The notes under the pieces: model-generated
The model's database searches: none
Told to the model about the DNA's origin: nothing
Seen by the model: only the letters and a program-made list of their open reading frames with translations
Program-made: the position numbers and the translations under genes
Shown here: one piece after another, positions 29,914 through 40,200 of the stretch
Layout of the letters: every line of letters begins with the position of its first letter
Position numbering within the stretch: position 1 is the stretch's first letter
IMG/VR virus record: IMGVR_UViG_3300042514_000542
Location: 124,001-188,000 of that record
Reading direction: 5' to 3' (one strand)
Length of the DNA stretch: 64,000 bases

Positions 29914-30354
29914 ATGAGTAAATTCGCAAAAAACTTCCTTGAAGTATTAAAAGAAGCAGATCTTGATAGAGATCTTGAGAGACAAGCTATGGAAGGTTCT
30001 CTTGATGACGGTATCGATCCTTCTGAATTCGATACCGATATGGAGATGTCCCCTGAAGAAGCACAAGCCACTGATGAAGTTGCCGATGCTATGTCGAAAC
30101 GTAACCAACAAATCATTTCAGAACTCCAAGGTTGGATTGATCAAGTCGAAGAGTTCCTTAGCTTTCTTAACAGTGAAGATCCTAATAGTGTCCAATCACG
30201 TTTGGCTGCTGCTGAACCAGATACCGTTATGGATAAGATGAAACAGTCTCAACAAACTAAAATTAGTCGTGTTGCATCTGACTTAGCGAGTTTACATCAA
30301 AACTTCCTTGGATTCATGGCTCAAACTTCCAACGCAAGATTTAAATATGTGTGA
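29914..30354 (+). CDS. Acidic putative prohead/internal protein
   Basis: MSKFAKNFLEVLKE; late promoter. Confidence 0.7.
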   Translation: MSKFAKNFLEVLKEADLDRDLERQAMEGSLDDGIDPSEFDTDMEMSPEEAQATDEVADAMSKRNQQIISELQGWIDQVEEFLSFLNSEDPNSVQSRLAAAEPDTVMDKMKQSQQTKISRVASDLASLHQNFLGFMAQTSNARFKYV

Positions 30355-30430
30355 TTTTTGTTGATAATCAACGAGTTATAACTTTCATTAAGAAAACTTC
30401 AACACTTTAGATAAATAATAGTATAATTTT

Positions 30431-30766
30431 ATGAAAAAGAAAGATCAAGAAGCAATTACCAAGTTATATACAGAGGGAGATCATTCCAATGACTATAGAT
30501 GAATGGATGATGATTCTTCGGAGTATGATTCATCCAATTTATATTATCCCTCGGATGAGGAAGAACAATTAAAACGTGGATTGATACCAGTTGGAGGGAT
30601 AATTAGAGCTTTGAAAGCTGCGAACTTACCTAACAAAAATATTTTGAATTATTTTATAGATATTACATCCGATGATTATGATGATGGTATGATTAATAGA
30701 ATAGCAGAGGTTATCCTATCAACTGGGAAGTTCAATTTATCCATTGAAGATCTTGAAAATTTTTAA
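30431..30766 (+). pseudogene. Head-protein-like gene interrupted by an in-frame TGA (30500-30502)
   Basis: MKKKDQEAITKLYTEGDHSNDYR*MDDD... in one frame. Confidence 0.6.
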
Positions 30767-30767
30767 C

Positions 30768-31844
30768 TCATAACTTTCCAAACAAAATCTTAAATTTAAC
30801 AATAGCACCTTTACCACAGGTGCTATTTGCTTTTAGAAACCCATGTTTAATCTCATCAAGTCCACAATGAATACACAATTCATTAAAGTCTTTAAACTCT
30901 TTAAACTTCTCGGGCCAAATAAAGACACACTCTCCCATCTCTAGAAGAACTTGAGTCTTTAATCGAGATGCTTTATCAATCCATTGGTTATCTAATACCC
31001 AAATCTTATTAAAAAGCTTCAGTTCTTCTAGTTGATCTAACTGAATTGGTGTGAACTTGTGGTGTCCTTCATTGATACCTGCCACAGCCACTCCATTTCG
31101 CACAAAACAGGCATCTAGGGGGCCTTCAAAGATGAAAACGTCATCTAGTGCTGAATCGATCCTATCTATCCCAAAAATCGATTTGTCGGAGTTGAATTTA
31201 GATATGTAATTGGGTTTCTCATCCCATTCAAACAATCTTCTCGACTGATAGTGAATAAAATTACCGGAAGTGTCTAAAAATGGTATCGTTAACCTATTCT
31301 TATGACTATAATCCTTAAGAGATATGTAAAAATTACATCTATTGATTGCCGTATCTAATCTACGACTCTTAATATAAGTCAAAGCTGTCTGAACTATGTG
31401 ATTATCCTTATAAAACTCCCTCTGAGTGGGATCACTAAGGTTAATACTATCGTCAGGTAGAGATGGCTGCTTCTTTCGTTGAATTGGCTCATCAAAATTC
31501 AATTCAACTGACACTTCATTGTTACCAACGTCCTTACGGATCTGTTCATCTGTCATTCCAGAGACTTTTCGTATCCAATTATAGGGTTTTAGACTTGAAC
31601 CGCAGTTATGACAGAAAATATTGTCATCTTTGGGAATATAGAAACATCTTTTCTTATTCCCCCAACTCTTACCCTCTTTACAGATGGGACAACAAGAGTT
31701 ATATACGTTCGTATAGTTATTATAGGATACTTTATACCCCAATTCGTAAAATTTAGCTACAACATAATCATTCGGAAGATCGAACGACTTCTTTGTTGTG
31801 GATGAATTGAGCTTTGGAAGTTTTTTTAACAGGCTTGGGTGCAT
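30768..31844 (-). CDS. 61: DNA primase (T4 gp61-like)
   Basis: CPIC...CHNCG zinc finger, FEGPLD TOPRIM, KDFNEL. Confidence 0.92.
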   Translation of the reverse strand: MHPSLLKKLPKLNSSTTKKSFDLPNDYVVAKFYELGYKVSYNNYTNVYNSCCPICKEGKSWGNKKRCFYIPKDDNIFCHNCGSSLKPYNWIRKVSGMTDEQIRKDVGNNEVSVELNFDEPIQRKKQPSLPDDSINLSDPTQREFYKDNHIVQTALTYIKSRRLDTAINRCNFYISLKDYSHKNRLTIPFLDTSGNFIHYQSRRLFEWDEKPNYISKFNSDKSIFGIDRIDSALDDVFIFEGPLDACFVRNGVAVAGINEGHHKFTPIQLDQLEELKLFNKIWVLDNQWIDKASRLKTQVLLEMGECVFIWPEKFKEFKDFNELCIHCGLDEIKHGFLKANSTCGKGAIVKFKILFGKL

Positions 31845-32046
31845 TTTCTACAAATTCTAAAATATCATTCGTCAATCCAAAGTCAAACTCATCTTTCGGA
31901 ACCCATAAATTCTCCATAACGGGAATAGCTAAAAATCCATGCTGAGAAGAATTGGATTCAATATATACCAACATTTTACCTGCATGTTTTCCTGTAGTGC
32001 AAGCGTATATATTACCAAACTTTATTTTATTCTTGAAAAATAGCAT
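31768..32046 (-). CDS. Hypothetical protein
   Basis: ORF in operon upstream of primase. Confidence 0.65.
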   Translation of the reverse strand: MLFFKNKIKFGNIYACTTGKHAGKMLVYIESNSSQHGFLAIPVMENLWVPKDEFDFGLTNDILEFVENAPKPVKKTSKAQFIHNKEVVRSSE

Positions 32047-32047
32047 A

Positions 32048-32350
32048 TTAATTTATACGTGAATTCATAAAGCGACCAATTTCTTCCATGAAAGCGTTAT
32101 CCAGAGCAGATTTTTCAATCTTTTCTTTGTATACTGTCATATTAATCGGATTACCATCTAGATCATAACCTATGAGCTTGAAGCATGATAGAAATTCTCC
32201 TATAGTTCCAATCAAGGCATTGTTCAGTATATTCTTTTTAGGAATCTTTCTTTTATCTTTTAACTGTAAGGATAAAGCTTCCTTAAGAATATTTTTTATC
32301 TCGTCATCACTAAACTCTTTAAAGTCTGGTTGTTCTGGAGTATCTTCCAT
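32048..32350 (-). CDS. Hypothetical protein
   Basis: TAAATA-N5-ATG. Confidence 0.7.
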   Translation of the reverse strand: MEDTPEQPDFKEFSDDEIKNILKEALSLQLKDKRKIPKKNILNNALIGTIGEFLSCFKLIGYDLDGNPINMTVYKEKIEKSALDNAFMEEIGRFMNSRIN

Positions 32351-32358
32351 GAAGATAT

Positions 32359-32865
32359 TTAACTATCAACTTCAACTTTACTAGTGTATTGATTATCTTC
32401 GGTTTTTTGAGGGACACCCTTCTCGATTAGAGTAGTGATAATGATTTCCATTGATTGTGTTTTAAGGGAATAGTTCTTAAACCTGTTACCACCATCATTA
32501 AATTCAAAGTGAACTTCACCCGGAGATTCTTTATTTACATAACATGTAATAATTAAACAATGACCACCTGGATCTACCATGATAGTCCATTTACGTGGAT
32601 CTGAAATTGGATAATCTTTAAATAAACGAATCGCAATGAATCCACTGTCCCTCAATCTATTTAAAAAATAGCCACCTGTTGTAATCGAATTTTTTTTCTT
32701 GTTCATTGGTTTAAATTTGTATTGGAAGTAGTCTTTAGTTATTCCCATCTTTTCATAATCTATTGTAAGTGATCTACCGGTGTAATCTGGTGCAGGTATG
32801 TCCACAGATATAAGTTCTGGAAACTCAAATGGTTGTTCTTGGTTTATATTGAATCCACTTAACAT
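32359..32865 (-). CDS. Hypothetical protein
   Basis: Starts 1 nt after the clamp stop codon. Confidence 0.6.
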   Translation of the reverse strand: MLSGFNINQEQPFEFPELISVDIPAPDYTGRSLTIDYEKMGITKDYFQYKFKPMNKKKNSITTGGYFLNRLRDSGFIAIRLFKDYPISDPRKWTIMVDPGGHCLIITCYVNKESPGEVHFEFNDGGNRFKNYSLKTQSMEIIITTLIEKGVPQKTEDNQYTSKVEVDS

Positions 32866-32866
32866 A

Positions 32867-33583
32867 TTACTTACTAAGGCTGCTTAGGATATAATTTAGT
32901 TCAACATTACCATTTTTCAAGCTAATGCTACCGATTCCCATCTTATTAATTCTAAGAGTGAATACTTTTGAATCACCGAATGATAATAGACGAATGTTAT
33001 CAAGATTTAAAATGAATTCATCCATTTCAAAATCGACATCATCTCCTTCAATGGTTAGAACATCGGTGTTCATCATTGTTCTATCACCCAATGACCAATA
33101 TAACTTCTCATCTTCTGTAAAGATGTATAATTTATTAGTGTCTTTGAAAATTGAGGACTGTTTAATAACAGTGTCCAGAAAAGATTTACTTACATCGAAT
33201 TCATATTCGTATTGCAGACTCTCAATCTTTGAAAGAGTCAATTTAGGGGCGACCAAAATTCCATCACCATAAAGATGGTATTTGAATTTGATTTTCTTAC
33301 CTTTATATTCTAAATTATTTGAATTTAGAATGAACTCTACCTCCTTATCTGGTATAAGATCCAAGGACTTGGATAACTTCTTAACAGATGGTAGATTTAA
33401 AACTTGTGGATCATCATAATCACTGTCTAACGTAGACCATAGAAACATGCTTCGATCTTCGGATGAAGAGATTGCATATATTCTATCTGTTTCTACATTG
33501 AGGATCGAGGAATCACTTACTTTGGACAATCCTTCGAGAAAATTCTTAAAATCGTCCTTATTAAACTTAATTGTTTTTTGCAT
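32867..33583 (-). CDS. 45: Sliding clamp (gp45/PCNA-like)
   Basis: 238 aa acidic protein with duplicated clamp-like helix/strand pattern, in the replication block. Confidence 0.7.
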   Translation of the reverse strand: MQKTIKFNKDDFKNFLEGLSKVSDSSILNVETDRIYAISSSEDRSMFLWSTLDSDYDDPQVLNLPSVKKLSKSLDLIPDKEVEFILNSNNLEYKGKKIKFKYHLYGDGILVAPKLTLSKIESLQYEYEFDVSKSFLDTVIKQSSIFKDTNKLYIFTEDEKLYWSLGDRTMMNTDVLTIEGDDVDFEMDEFILNLDNIRLLSFGDSKVFTLRINKMGIGSISLKNGNVELNYILSSLSK

Positions 33584-34061
33584 TTTGTTTCAACTTTGGG
33601 ACAATTGTATCTTCCTTTGTTGATTTTTCAAGCAACGAAATAACTTTTGTCAACTTTTTCGAAATATCTCTCAAAAGGTCATTAGTAATTGTTTGCTCGG
33701 ATGTATTGAAAGAAAACTCCAACTGATCACCAGGATCGGGTGTTGGTAATTGCGGGTTATGTTGCGGTTGCACATATGGCGTGTATGACGCAGTTCCCAT
33801 AATTGGATCTGGTTGATCCAAGGGTATTGCTGGTGGTACATACATGGGTTGTGGACGAACAACAGAGTTCAGAGCAAGATTTTGCGCTTGCTCTAAACCC
33901 TGTTTAATAGACATACTACCATTATCCTTATGTGTTCCCGGCATGGGATTATTCGAGATAAAAGATTCGACAACTCTCGACTCTTGATATAAGGGTCCAG
34001 CAAATGCCGCCAAAGCAGCAAAATCATCGGGTGTCATTGGTGGTATGTATCCGTCGTCCAT
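33567..34061 (-). CDS. Pro/Gln-rich hypothetical protein
   Basis: ORF between gp32 and the clamp; contains a QLEFSF motif. Confidence 0.65.
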   Translation of the reverse strand: MDDGYIPPMTPDDFAALAAFAGPLYQESRVVESFISNNPMPGTHKDNGSMSIKQGLEQAQNLALNSVVRPQPMYVPPAIPLDQPDPIMGTASYTPYVQPQHNPQLPTPDPGDQLEFSFNTSEQTITNDLLRDISKKLTKVISLLEKSTKEDTIVPKLKQNAKNN

Positions 34062-34086
34062 ATGATTAATTAATCATTGGTTTCGT

Positions 34087-35004
34087 TTAGTCAATATCTA
34101 ATTCTTTAAGTAGATCATCTACATCAGTATCAGCACTGCTACGAAGACTATCGGTGTCAAAATCCATAGGAATCTCATCCTCTGGTTCTTCGCTAACCTT
34201 TTTATCAGCCTTTGGTTTGGTTTCCTTCTTAGGAATAGACTTACGTTCTTCCTTTTTAGGTTCAACTACACCATCAGTATCGAAATGTTCTTCAAGTAGT
34301 GCTTGAAGTTCTTCGACTGTCTTCACAGGATAGACTTGGGTAAGATCATGCACGCTCGCATAAACTTCATCGATTTCCTTATCAGTAAGGTCTAACTTAG
34401 TCTTAGAAGAGAATCTTGAAGATTTATAAGTTGTATAAATTCCTTGTTCCTCTGCTTTGATTTTGAAATCGCAACCATCTTTTGATAAATCAAAGATAGC
34501 AGCACCGAATTCATCGGCATCCTCACCTGTCATTGCAGCATCTACAATCGTCTTAAGTTGTGGACCCATGTTAAGAATCTTAACGGTTCCATTATTTTCT
34601 GGATTTGCAGGATCATCGATAACATAAACGTTAACGAACCATGCTTCCTTCTCCTTAATCGGATTTTCAAACTTCTCATCCTTAGCGGGTTCAGTATCTT
34701 TCCAACCCTTATAGAGTTTCCAACGGACTTCATTGATAGGATCTCTTTCCCCAAAAGACTTTAGGGAAATTGCATTAACAAATGATCCATCTTTCTTAGA
34801 AGTCCACTGATTTAAATAGTGATGGAAGAATGTCTTGTCATCACCACTTTCAAGTCCATCAACGTCTGGAATCAACCTAAGTGTATAGGTATGTCCTGCT
34901 GGGAACTTGATGATATTTGCGAAAGATCCACTAGGGGTTCTTTCCGTCTTTTTAAGAGCATCTTTGATCTTGTCAAACATACTCGCATTGTATTTTTTTG
35001 CCAT
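34087..35004 (-). CDS. 32: Single-stranded DNA-binding protein (T4 gp32-like)
   Basis: NVYVIDDPANPENNGTVKIL, FDLSKDGCDFKIK, TYKSSRF, acidic tail DVDDLLKELD. Confidence 0.92.
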   Translation of the reverse strand: MAKKYNASMFDKIKDALKKTERTPSGSFANIIKFPAGHTYTLRLIPDVDGLESGDDKTFFHHYLNQWTSKKDGSFVNAISLKSFGERDPINEVRWKLYKGWKDTEPAKDEKFENPIKEKEAWFVNVYVIDDPANPENNGTVKILNMGPQLKTIVDAAMTGEDADEFGAAIFDLSKDGCDFKIKAEEQGIYTTYKSSRFSSKTKLDLTDKEIDEVYASVHDLTQVYPVKTVEELQALLEEHFDTDGVVEPKKEERKSIPKKETKPKADKKVSEEPEDEIPMDFDTDSLRSSADTDVDDLLKELDID

Positions 35005-35079
35005 ATTCTTATTATTGTTTTAGTTTATTTTCTAGTTTTGTTTGTTTTGTTTGAAGGTTTTCACCTTCAAAAGTATTTA
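35005..35079 (-). promoter_or_regulatory. Gene 32 leader: promoter, GAAA-tetraloop hairpin and unstructured A-rich tract
   Basis: TAAATA 35074-35079; stem 35050-35071; A/C-rich 45 nt up to the ATG. Confidence 0.6.
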
Positions 35080-35770
35080 ACGTAAGTTTTAAATTATTCA
35101 ATCTCGCTTCTCTCATTTTTTGTTTTGTCTCTTCAGAATGCTTATAACCTAATCTGGCAGTTCTTGCATTTTCTTTATGCTCTTCCGACAAAGGTTTTCC
35201 TATTTTCGATTCTCTAATTTTAATCTTTGTTTCTTCCGACATTTGTTTTCCCATTTTCGAGATTCTCATCTTTTCTTTCGACTCTTCGGTATGTTTCCGT
35301 CTTCGACACTTTTCTTTGAAAGAATCAGATTTTGGTTTTTTCATTTTATTTTTTGTATATTCCGAATGTTTCTTACCCCTTTGACCTTCACTCATTCTTT
35401 TCCGAACTTCTTCAGAGCATTTATATCCAGTTCTATCAGTTGAATATTTACAGATATTATATCCTATATTTCTATCGGTGGAATTATAGATTCCAATATA
35501 ATGAGCCTCTCTATCAAAAAGTTTTTCTTTATCTAAATTTTTATTAAAATTTTCAAATATTTCTAGTATATCTATTTCAAAATTTTCCCACCCATATTTA
35601 ATCAATGCATTTTCAAAATGAAATCGTCCAAATTTTCTATTACAACACGATTTATGATACGACAATCTATTATAGATATTTACGGATTTACCTATATATA
35701 TTTTACCACTTACTATACAGACAAGTTTATATATTCCCGCCTTCTTTGGTATTTCCATTGTTTGATTCAT
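35012..35770 (-). mobile_element. GIY-YIG homing endonuclease with NUMOD3 repeats (Seg-like)
   Basis: GIYKL...IYIGKS, GYN, HSEETKQKM repeats. Confidence 0.92.
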
Positions 35771-36410
35771 TTATATATTTAATCAAATTATTAGAAATTT
35801 TTGTTTTTGCTTGTTTTGCAAATTCTTTCATCTTTTTGGATGTGTAGAACTTGTTTTTTGTTTGTTGAAACACCAAGTAAAAATCAGGGAATATGAATTC
35901 CAATATTTCTGATTCTATCTGGGGTTTTTTGAAAGTCAATGCCTGAAGCGTGTAATAATTGATCTTGTGATCTTTTAAATGTTGCACGAAACATGGCATT
36001 GTTCCTTCTATATTTAGTTCATAATCAGATAATTGCAAAGACTGCTCCTTACAATATTTCGCTACAAACTTAAGACTTTCTGCCAGTCTTCTAAGGCTAT
36101 CGGAAGAGTCTGGATCTTGTAATTCCAGTTGCTTCATATAATCACTATAACACTTAATTGCTTTAGGTTTAGTGTAAAAATCCAGAGGATAGTAATCATC
36201 ATCTGAATAAATTTTGTGGGGGGCTAAAAAGAAATCTTCTTGAATGAGATTGGGATATGAATTGAAAAGTCTGGATAGTTTTTGAAGAACCATCACTTGA
36301 TCTTCATCAAGTTTAGAAAAATCCTTTTTGAGTTTGAATGGTTCATTCTTAGCCTTTCTTGAAGCAACCAAATGGTTGTTATAGATCTGCTTTTCAAATT
36401 CAGTTATCAT
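35727..36410 (-). CDS. Probable helicase loader (gp59-like)
   Basis: Size, basic helical composition, T4 synteny 59-seg-32, KINYYTLQAL segment. Confidence 0.45.
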   Translation of the reverse strand: MITEFEKQIYNNHLVASRKAKNEPFKLKKDFSKLDEDQVMVLQKLSRLFNSYPNLIQEDFFLAPHKIYSDDDYYPLDFYTKPKAIKCYSDYMKQLELQDPDSSDSLRRLAESLKFVAKYCKEQSLQLSDYELNIEGTMPCFVQHLKDHKINYYTLQALTFKKPQIESEILEFIFPDFYLVFQQTKNKFYTSKKMKEFAKQAKTKISNNLIKYINESNNGNTKEGGNI

Positions 36411-36679
36411 TTCTTATTACTATTCAAAAATTTTGTGACGTATTTGCTTTTTGCAATCGTCGGATCGAAATCTAAGAACACCCTAACAAGCTCATAGTCA
36501 GTGTCAAGGTTTAGAATCTCCTTTAAAATTGTTTTTAACTTTTCACTTGAGAGTGTTTGAATGAAAACGTTCTGAATAGAAAGCTTTTTACCTTTCAAGT
36601 TCATGACGAATGTGCAAAAACATAAGAAAAGGTGAGTTGATTCCTCATCCTCGATATTTTGTGAAGGATCAGTTATCAT
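36407..36679 (-). CDS. Hypothetical protein
   Basis: Likely start MITDPSQ at 36679, overlapping the HEG end. Confidence 0.6.
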   Translation of the reverse strand: MITDPSQNIEDEESTHLFLCFCTFVMNLKGKKLSIQNVFIQTLSSEKLKTILKEILNLDTDYELVRVFLDFDPTIAKSKYVTKFLNSNKK

Positions 36680-37517
36680 TTTTAATTTCCAACCTTTCTC
36701 TTTTAGATTGTCTAATTTTCTCTTTGGTTTCTTCCGAACATTTTTTTCCAGTATTAGCGATTGAAATCTTCGCCTTTGCTTCCTCTGAACACGGAACACC
36801 TTTTTTAAGATTACTCATATTTGATTTCCATTCATCTGTTCTTTTTTTACCTTTATTTTTCATACTAATTTTTTTTCTGGTTTCTTCAGAACAAAGTCTA
36901 CCTAGTCTAGCCGCACTCATTTTTTTCCTAGTTTCTTCGGATACTATATGAGTAGTTATTCTACCTTTTCTCTGTATACTCATTTTTTCCTTCGAATTTT
37001 CTGAATGTTTTTTACCCAATCTATGATTTCTTATTTTTTCCTTTGCATCGTCGGACATTTTCTTACCTAATCTACATTGTCTAAGTTGTTCTCGTTTCTC
37101 GTCGTCAAAAATCCTTATTACTTTTTTCTGTGCTTGACTCATTTTCAGTTTAGATTCTTCTGAACAAATATGTCCAGTTCTATCCGTTGAATGTTTACAA
37201 ATATTATAACCCTTTTCATTATTAGTGGTATCAAACATCTCAATAAATTTGGTTTCCGTGTCGAGAAGTTGTTGATTATGTTCTGGATTTGATTTAATAA
37301 AATTTTCAAAAACATCTAAAATTTCAACGGTAAATGAATCCCATCCATATTTTACAATGGCGTGTGCTATTTTATATTTTTTATTGGGTATAATCTTAGA
37401 TTTTCTATGATCATTTATTCTACGTTTAATGTTGATGGTCTTTCCTATGTATACTTTATTGTTTGTCAAACATGTCAATTTATAAATTCCTGCCGCTTTT
37501 GGATATTCTAATATCAT
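36669..37517 (-). mobile_element. GIY-YIG homing endonuclease with NUMOD3 repeats
   Basis: GIYKL...VYIGKT, many SEETRKK repeats; start 37517 after TAAATA-N5. Confidence 0.92.
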
Positions 37518-37598
37518 GTATATATTTAGTAATCCGAGTCGTTTCTTCTTCAATTAAATTTGTTAATAGGTCAATAAGATCTGATGACGGGTCGTAAT

Positions 37599-37823
37599 TC
37601 ATAAACTAAAAATTTCATCTAACCATAACCCCTCAACATAAAAACATGTTCCTGAATGCATTTGAATCATTGATAAATCATGGTCATTCTTTCTAATCAT
37701 AAATGCTATTGACTTTTTATTCACATATAATTTTTCTTTATGTAAATCATATTGAAAATTTTTACCCAAAGTGTAATAATAGTCAAATTCAATAAGTTTG
37801 TTTTTCCATCTATTTGCGCTCAT
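37599..37823 (-). CDS. Hypothetical protein
   Basis: ATGA-coupled to upstream gene. Confidence 0.55.
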   Translation of the reverse strand: MSANRWKNKLIEFDYYYTLGKNFQYDLHKEKLYVNKKSIAFMIRKNDHDLSMIQMHSGTCFYVEGLWLDEIFSL

Positions 37824-38686
37824 ATCTGTATAAGTTTTTGTGTAAAGTCCAAGAACTTTTGGGATATCTTCCCACCACTAGCCCATTCTCCACCCCCTCC
37901 ATTACAAAGATTTTCAGCCATGAATGTGATGTTCGCTATTGATCCTTCGGGTTTTCTAAAGGAAACGAACTGAGTATCTGGATTCACAACGATAATGACA
38001 TCCTTTTTGTGATTGTCAATCAGCTTTTTGGCGATTTCGTTCACGGAGAACTTGGAAAACACCGCTACAACTGACCATTCTTTAAAAGTTCCTTCGTAAA
38101 GTTCTAAATTTTTATATTCTGTATCAATAGCATCGAAGAATGATTCAGCTAATACCATTTCCTTATCAGTAAGACCATCATAACCATTCCAGAACCTATT
38201 AACGAACACTTTGAAACGATTGAAGCGTGTATTCCTGAATAATCCATTCAAATACTCCGATTCTTTGTGTTTTAGAGAGTATACGTTGTAATCATCGACA
38301 TAAAGTATTAGTTTCTTAAGATCGTTTGGTATATCGAACTTATCCTTGAACTTTTTATACAATAACTTACAACAAGATGATGTTTCTTCGGAAATCATAG
38401 TGGAATCAAAGACGTTTAACTTCTCACCACGATCAGAAACGAATACTACCTTATAATCATCGATCTTATTGATCAGAGATTGATCCAAAACCATTCCAAT
38501 TATGAATACTTTGTCATAATTCTCAAGATTATGCTCCCATTCAGCATATTGATTGGCGAAATCACCAAAGAATGCTGATTTATACTCCATATCTGGAAAT
38601 ATATTACCCAAAAGGATGGTGGAACACGCCCCATCTAGATCAGAATTAGCCCATACAAAAATCTTACTCACGTTATAATTACTCAT
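37820..38686 (-). CDS. DHH/DHHA1 phosphoesterase-like protein with degenerate motifs
   Basis: SDLDG, VSFRK, NGGGGEWASGG; next to the helicase. Confidence 0.7.
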   Translation of the reverse strand: MSNYNVSKIFVWANSDLDGACSTILLGNIFPDMEYKSAFFGDFANQYAEWEHNLENYDKVFIIGMVLDQSLINKIDDYKVVFVSDRGEKLNVFDSTMISEETSSCCKLLYKKFKDKFDIPNDLKKLILYVDDYNVYSLKHKESEYLNGLFRNTRFNRFKVFVNRFWNGYDGLTDKEMVLAESFFDAIDTEYKNLELYEGTFKEWSVVAVFSKFSVNEIAKKLIDNHKKDVIIVVNPDTQFVSFRKPEGSIANITFMAENLCNGGGGEWASGGKISQKFLDFTQKLIQI

Positions 38687-40003
38687 TTACGATGCTTTTG
38701 CAAGTCTTTCTAAAAAGTTTAAATCTTCCTCACCCATACATTCCTCTTCTTCGTCACTCTGGACAATAGTGAGTGTCGTATATGTAATTTTCATAGCCTG
38801 AACGATTTTTTTAGGTCCATATCTATTCTTAGCTAGACCAAATCTAATTATTCCCATCTCTTGATCTTCTTCTTCTTGGAAAAGTGATATAATTACATCG
38901 GCTACAGCCGCAATTGCTATACTTTCCCCAATACTATCCATTCCGGGGGCTGTTTGCTTACCATAAGCTGAACGTGTAAACTGAACTGCTGAAATAAATG
39001 GAATCTTAAAGACATATGACAATGCCCTCACTTGCTCACAGATGTATTTCCCACGCTCGTAGGAGTTAGTTCCTCTATCAGTGTGTAGAAGCGTTAGATA
39101 ATCGATTACAACGGCATCTAAATGGACACCACCATCAATAAGTTTCTTAATAAATGCCGAAATTTGATTCGGAGACATCGTGGAAGGTGGAAATTCCTTG
39201 ATATAAATCTTTCCACTTTTCTTTTCTTCCTCTTCTAGAGCAAATCTTAGTGTGTGAACATCTTCCTTGAAATTACTTAAGGGAATTTTGGTCACATTGG
39301 ATGCAATTCTCTTAGCATACAACATTTCAGACATTTCCAAGGTAATAACAAGAACATTCTTACCTTGTTCAGCTATATTCTTGGCTGCATTTCCAAGAAC
39401 TATACTTTTACCAATATTTGCCTCGCCACCATAGATATATAAGGCTTTTCCATCTCTTCTATATCCACCACCAAGGTTTTTATCCACCCACTCCCATCCA
39501 GAAGAGATGTGAATGTCTTCATTTAGAACATCTTCGATGATTTTCTCTTTATCACCAAATAATTCGATACCTCTATCAGAATCTAGGCAAATTTTACATA
39601 TATCCTCAAATGCTTCTAATACTTCAGAAGGATTCTTAACTTTCTTCTCCGAATTCTCTGCAATATCTAGAATATTGCACCAAGTAGCACGTTCTTTAAG
39701 GAATCTTTCAGTATTTTCATACAATTCATCCTTATCATAGAGCTTATCCATCGTTTTGAATGACTCTACAAGCTTTTTAAAGTCATTTCTTTGCCCCTCG
39801 GTCGTCAAATAGGGCTTTATTTCGGTTATTGTTGGTAATTTTTGACGTTTATCGTAAAAATCCTTAACAATTTGGAAATAATTAGCAATATTTGGCTGCT
39901 CAAAGTATTCAGGTTTGACATAATCAGCAATAGAAGTCAAATATGTGGAGTCCGTCATAGCTTTATAGGCTATGATTTGCTCATATTCAGTTAGGTCGAT
40001 CAT
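38687..40003 (-). CDS. 41: Replicative helicase (T4 gp41/DnaB-like)
   Basis: GEANIGKS, ITLEMSE, IKEFP, VIDYL, KNRYG. Confidence 0.95.
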   Translation of the reverse strand: MIDLTEYEQIIAYKAMTDSTYLTSIADYVKPEYFEQPNIANYFQIVKDFYDKRQKLPTITEIKPYLTTEGQRNDFKKLVESFKTMDKLYDKDELYENTERFLKERATWCNILDIAENSEKKVKNPSEVLEAFEDICKICLDSDRGIELFGDKEKIIEDVLNEDIHISSGWEWVDKNLGGGYRRDGKALYIYGGEANIGKSIVLGNAAKNIAEQGKNVLVITLEMSEMLYAKRIASNVTKIPLSNFKEDVHTLRFALEEEEKKSGKIYIKEFPPSTMSPNQISAFIKKLIDGGVHLDAVVIDYLTLLHTDRGTNSYERGKYICEQVRALSYVFKIPFISAVQFTRSAYGKQTAPGMDSIGESIAIAAVADVIISLFQEEEDQEMGIIRFGLAKNRYGPKKIVQAMKITYTTLTIVQSDEEEECMGEEDLNFLERLAKAS

Positions 40004-40200
40004 TTACGAACAGCTAATATAATTTTACCACCTCTAGTCAACTCAATTGCTATATGTTTTATATCTTTACTATAATAATTAGGATGGATTAATATCATTT
40101 TATCGTTATAAATTACATATTGATAACCCACCTCTTCGATAATCTCATATTCTTTTATCATTTGTATTTTTCTAAAAAGTATTTTTCTCCAGCTTTCCAC
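40000..40200 (-). CDS. Small hypothetical protein (start uncertain)
   Basis: Fills the gap between GT and helicase, ATGA-coupled. Confidence 0.45.
   Translation of the reverse strand: MESWRKILFRKIQMIKEYEIIEEVGYQYVIYNDKMILIHPNYYSKDIKHIAIELTRGGKIILAVRK

Noticed and set aside
29877-30116. Long antisense overlap of ORF 29499-30116 with 29914-30354
   Set aside because: Artefact of start calling; the promoter supports ATG 29876
30360-30372. Palindrome GTTGAT-A-ATCAAC after a stop codon
   Set aside because: Single short copy; no function can be supported
37575-37605. CTGATGA in an intergenic gap suggesting a hammerhead ribozyme
   Set aside because: No GAAA after a credible stem II and no flanking stems I/III
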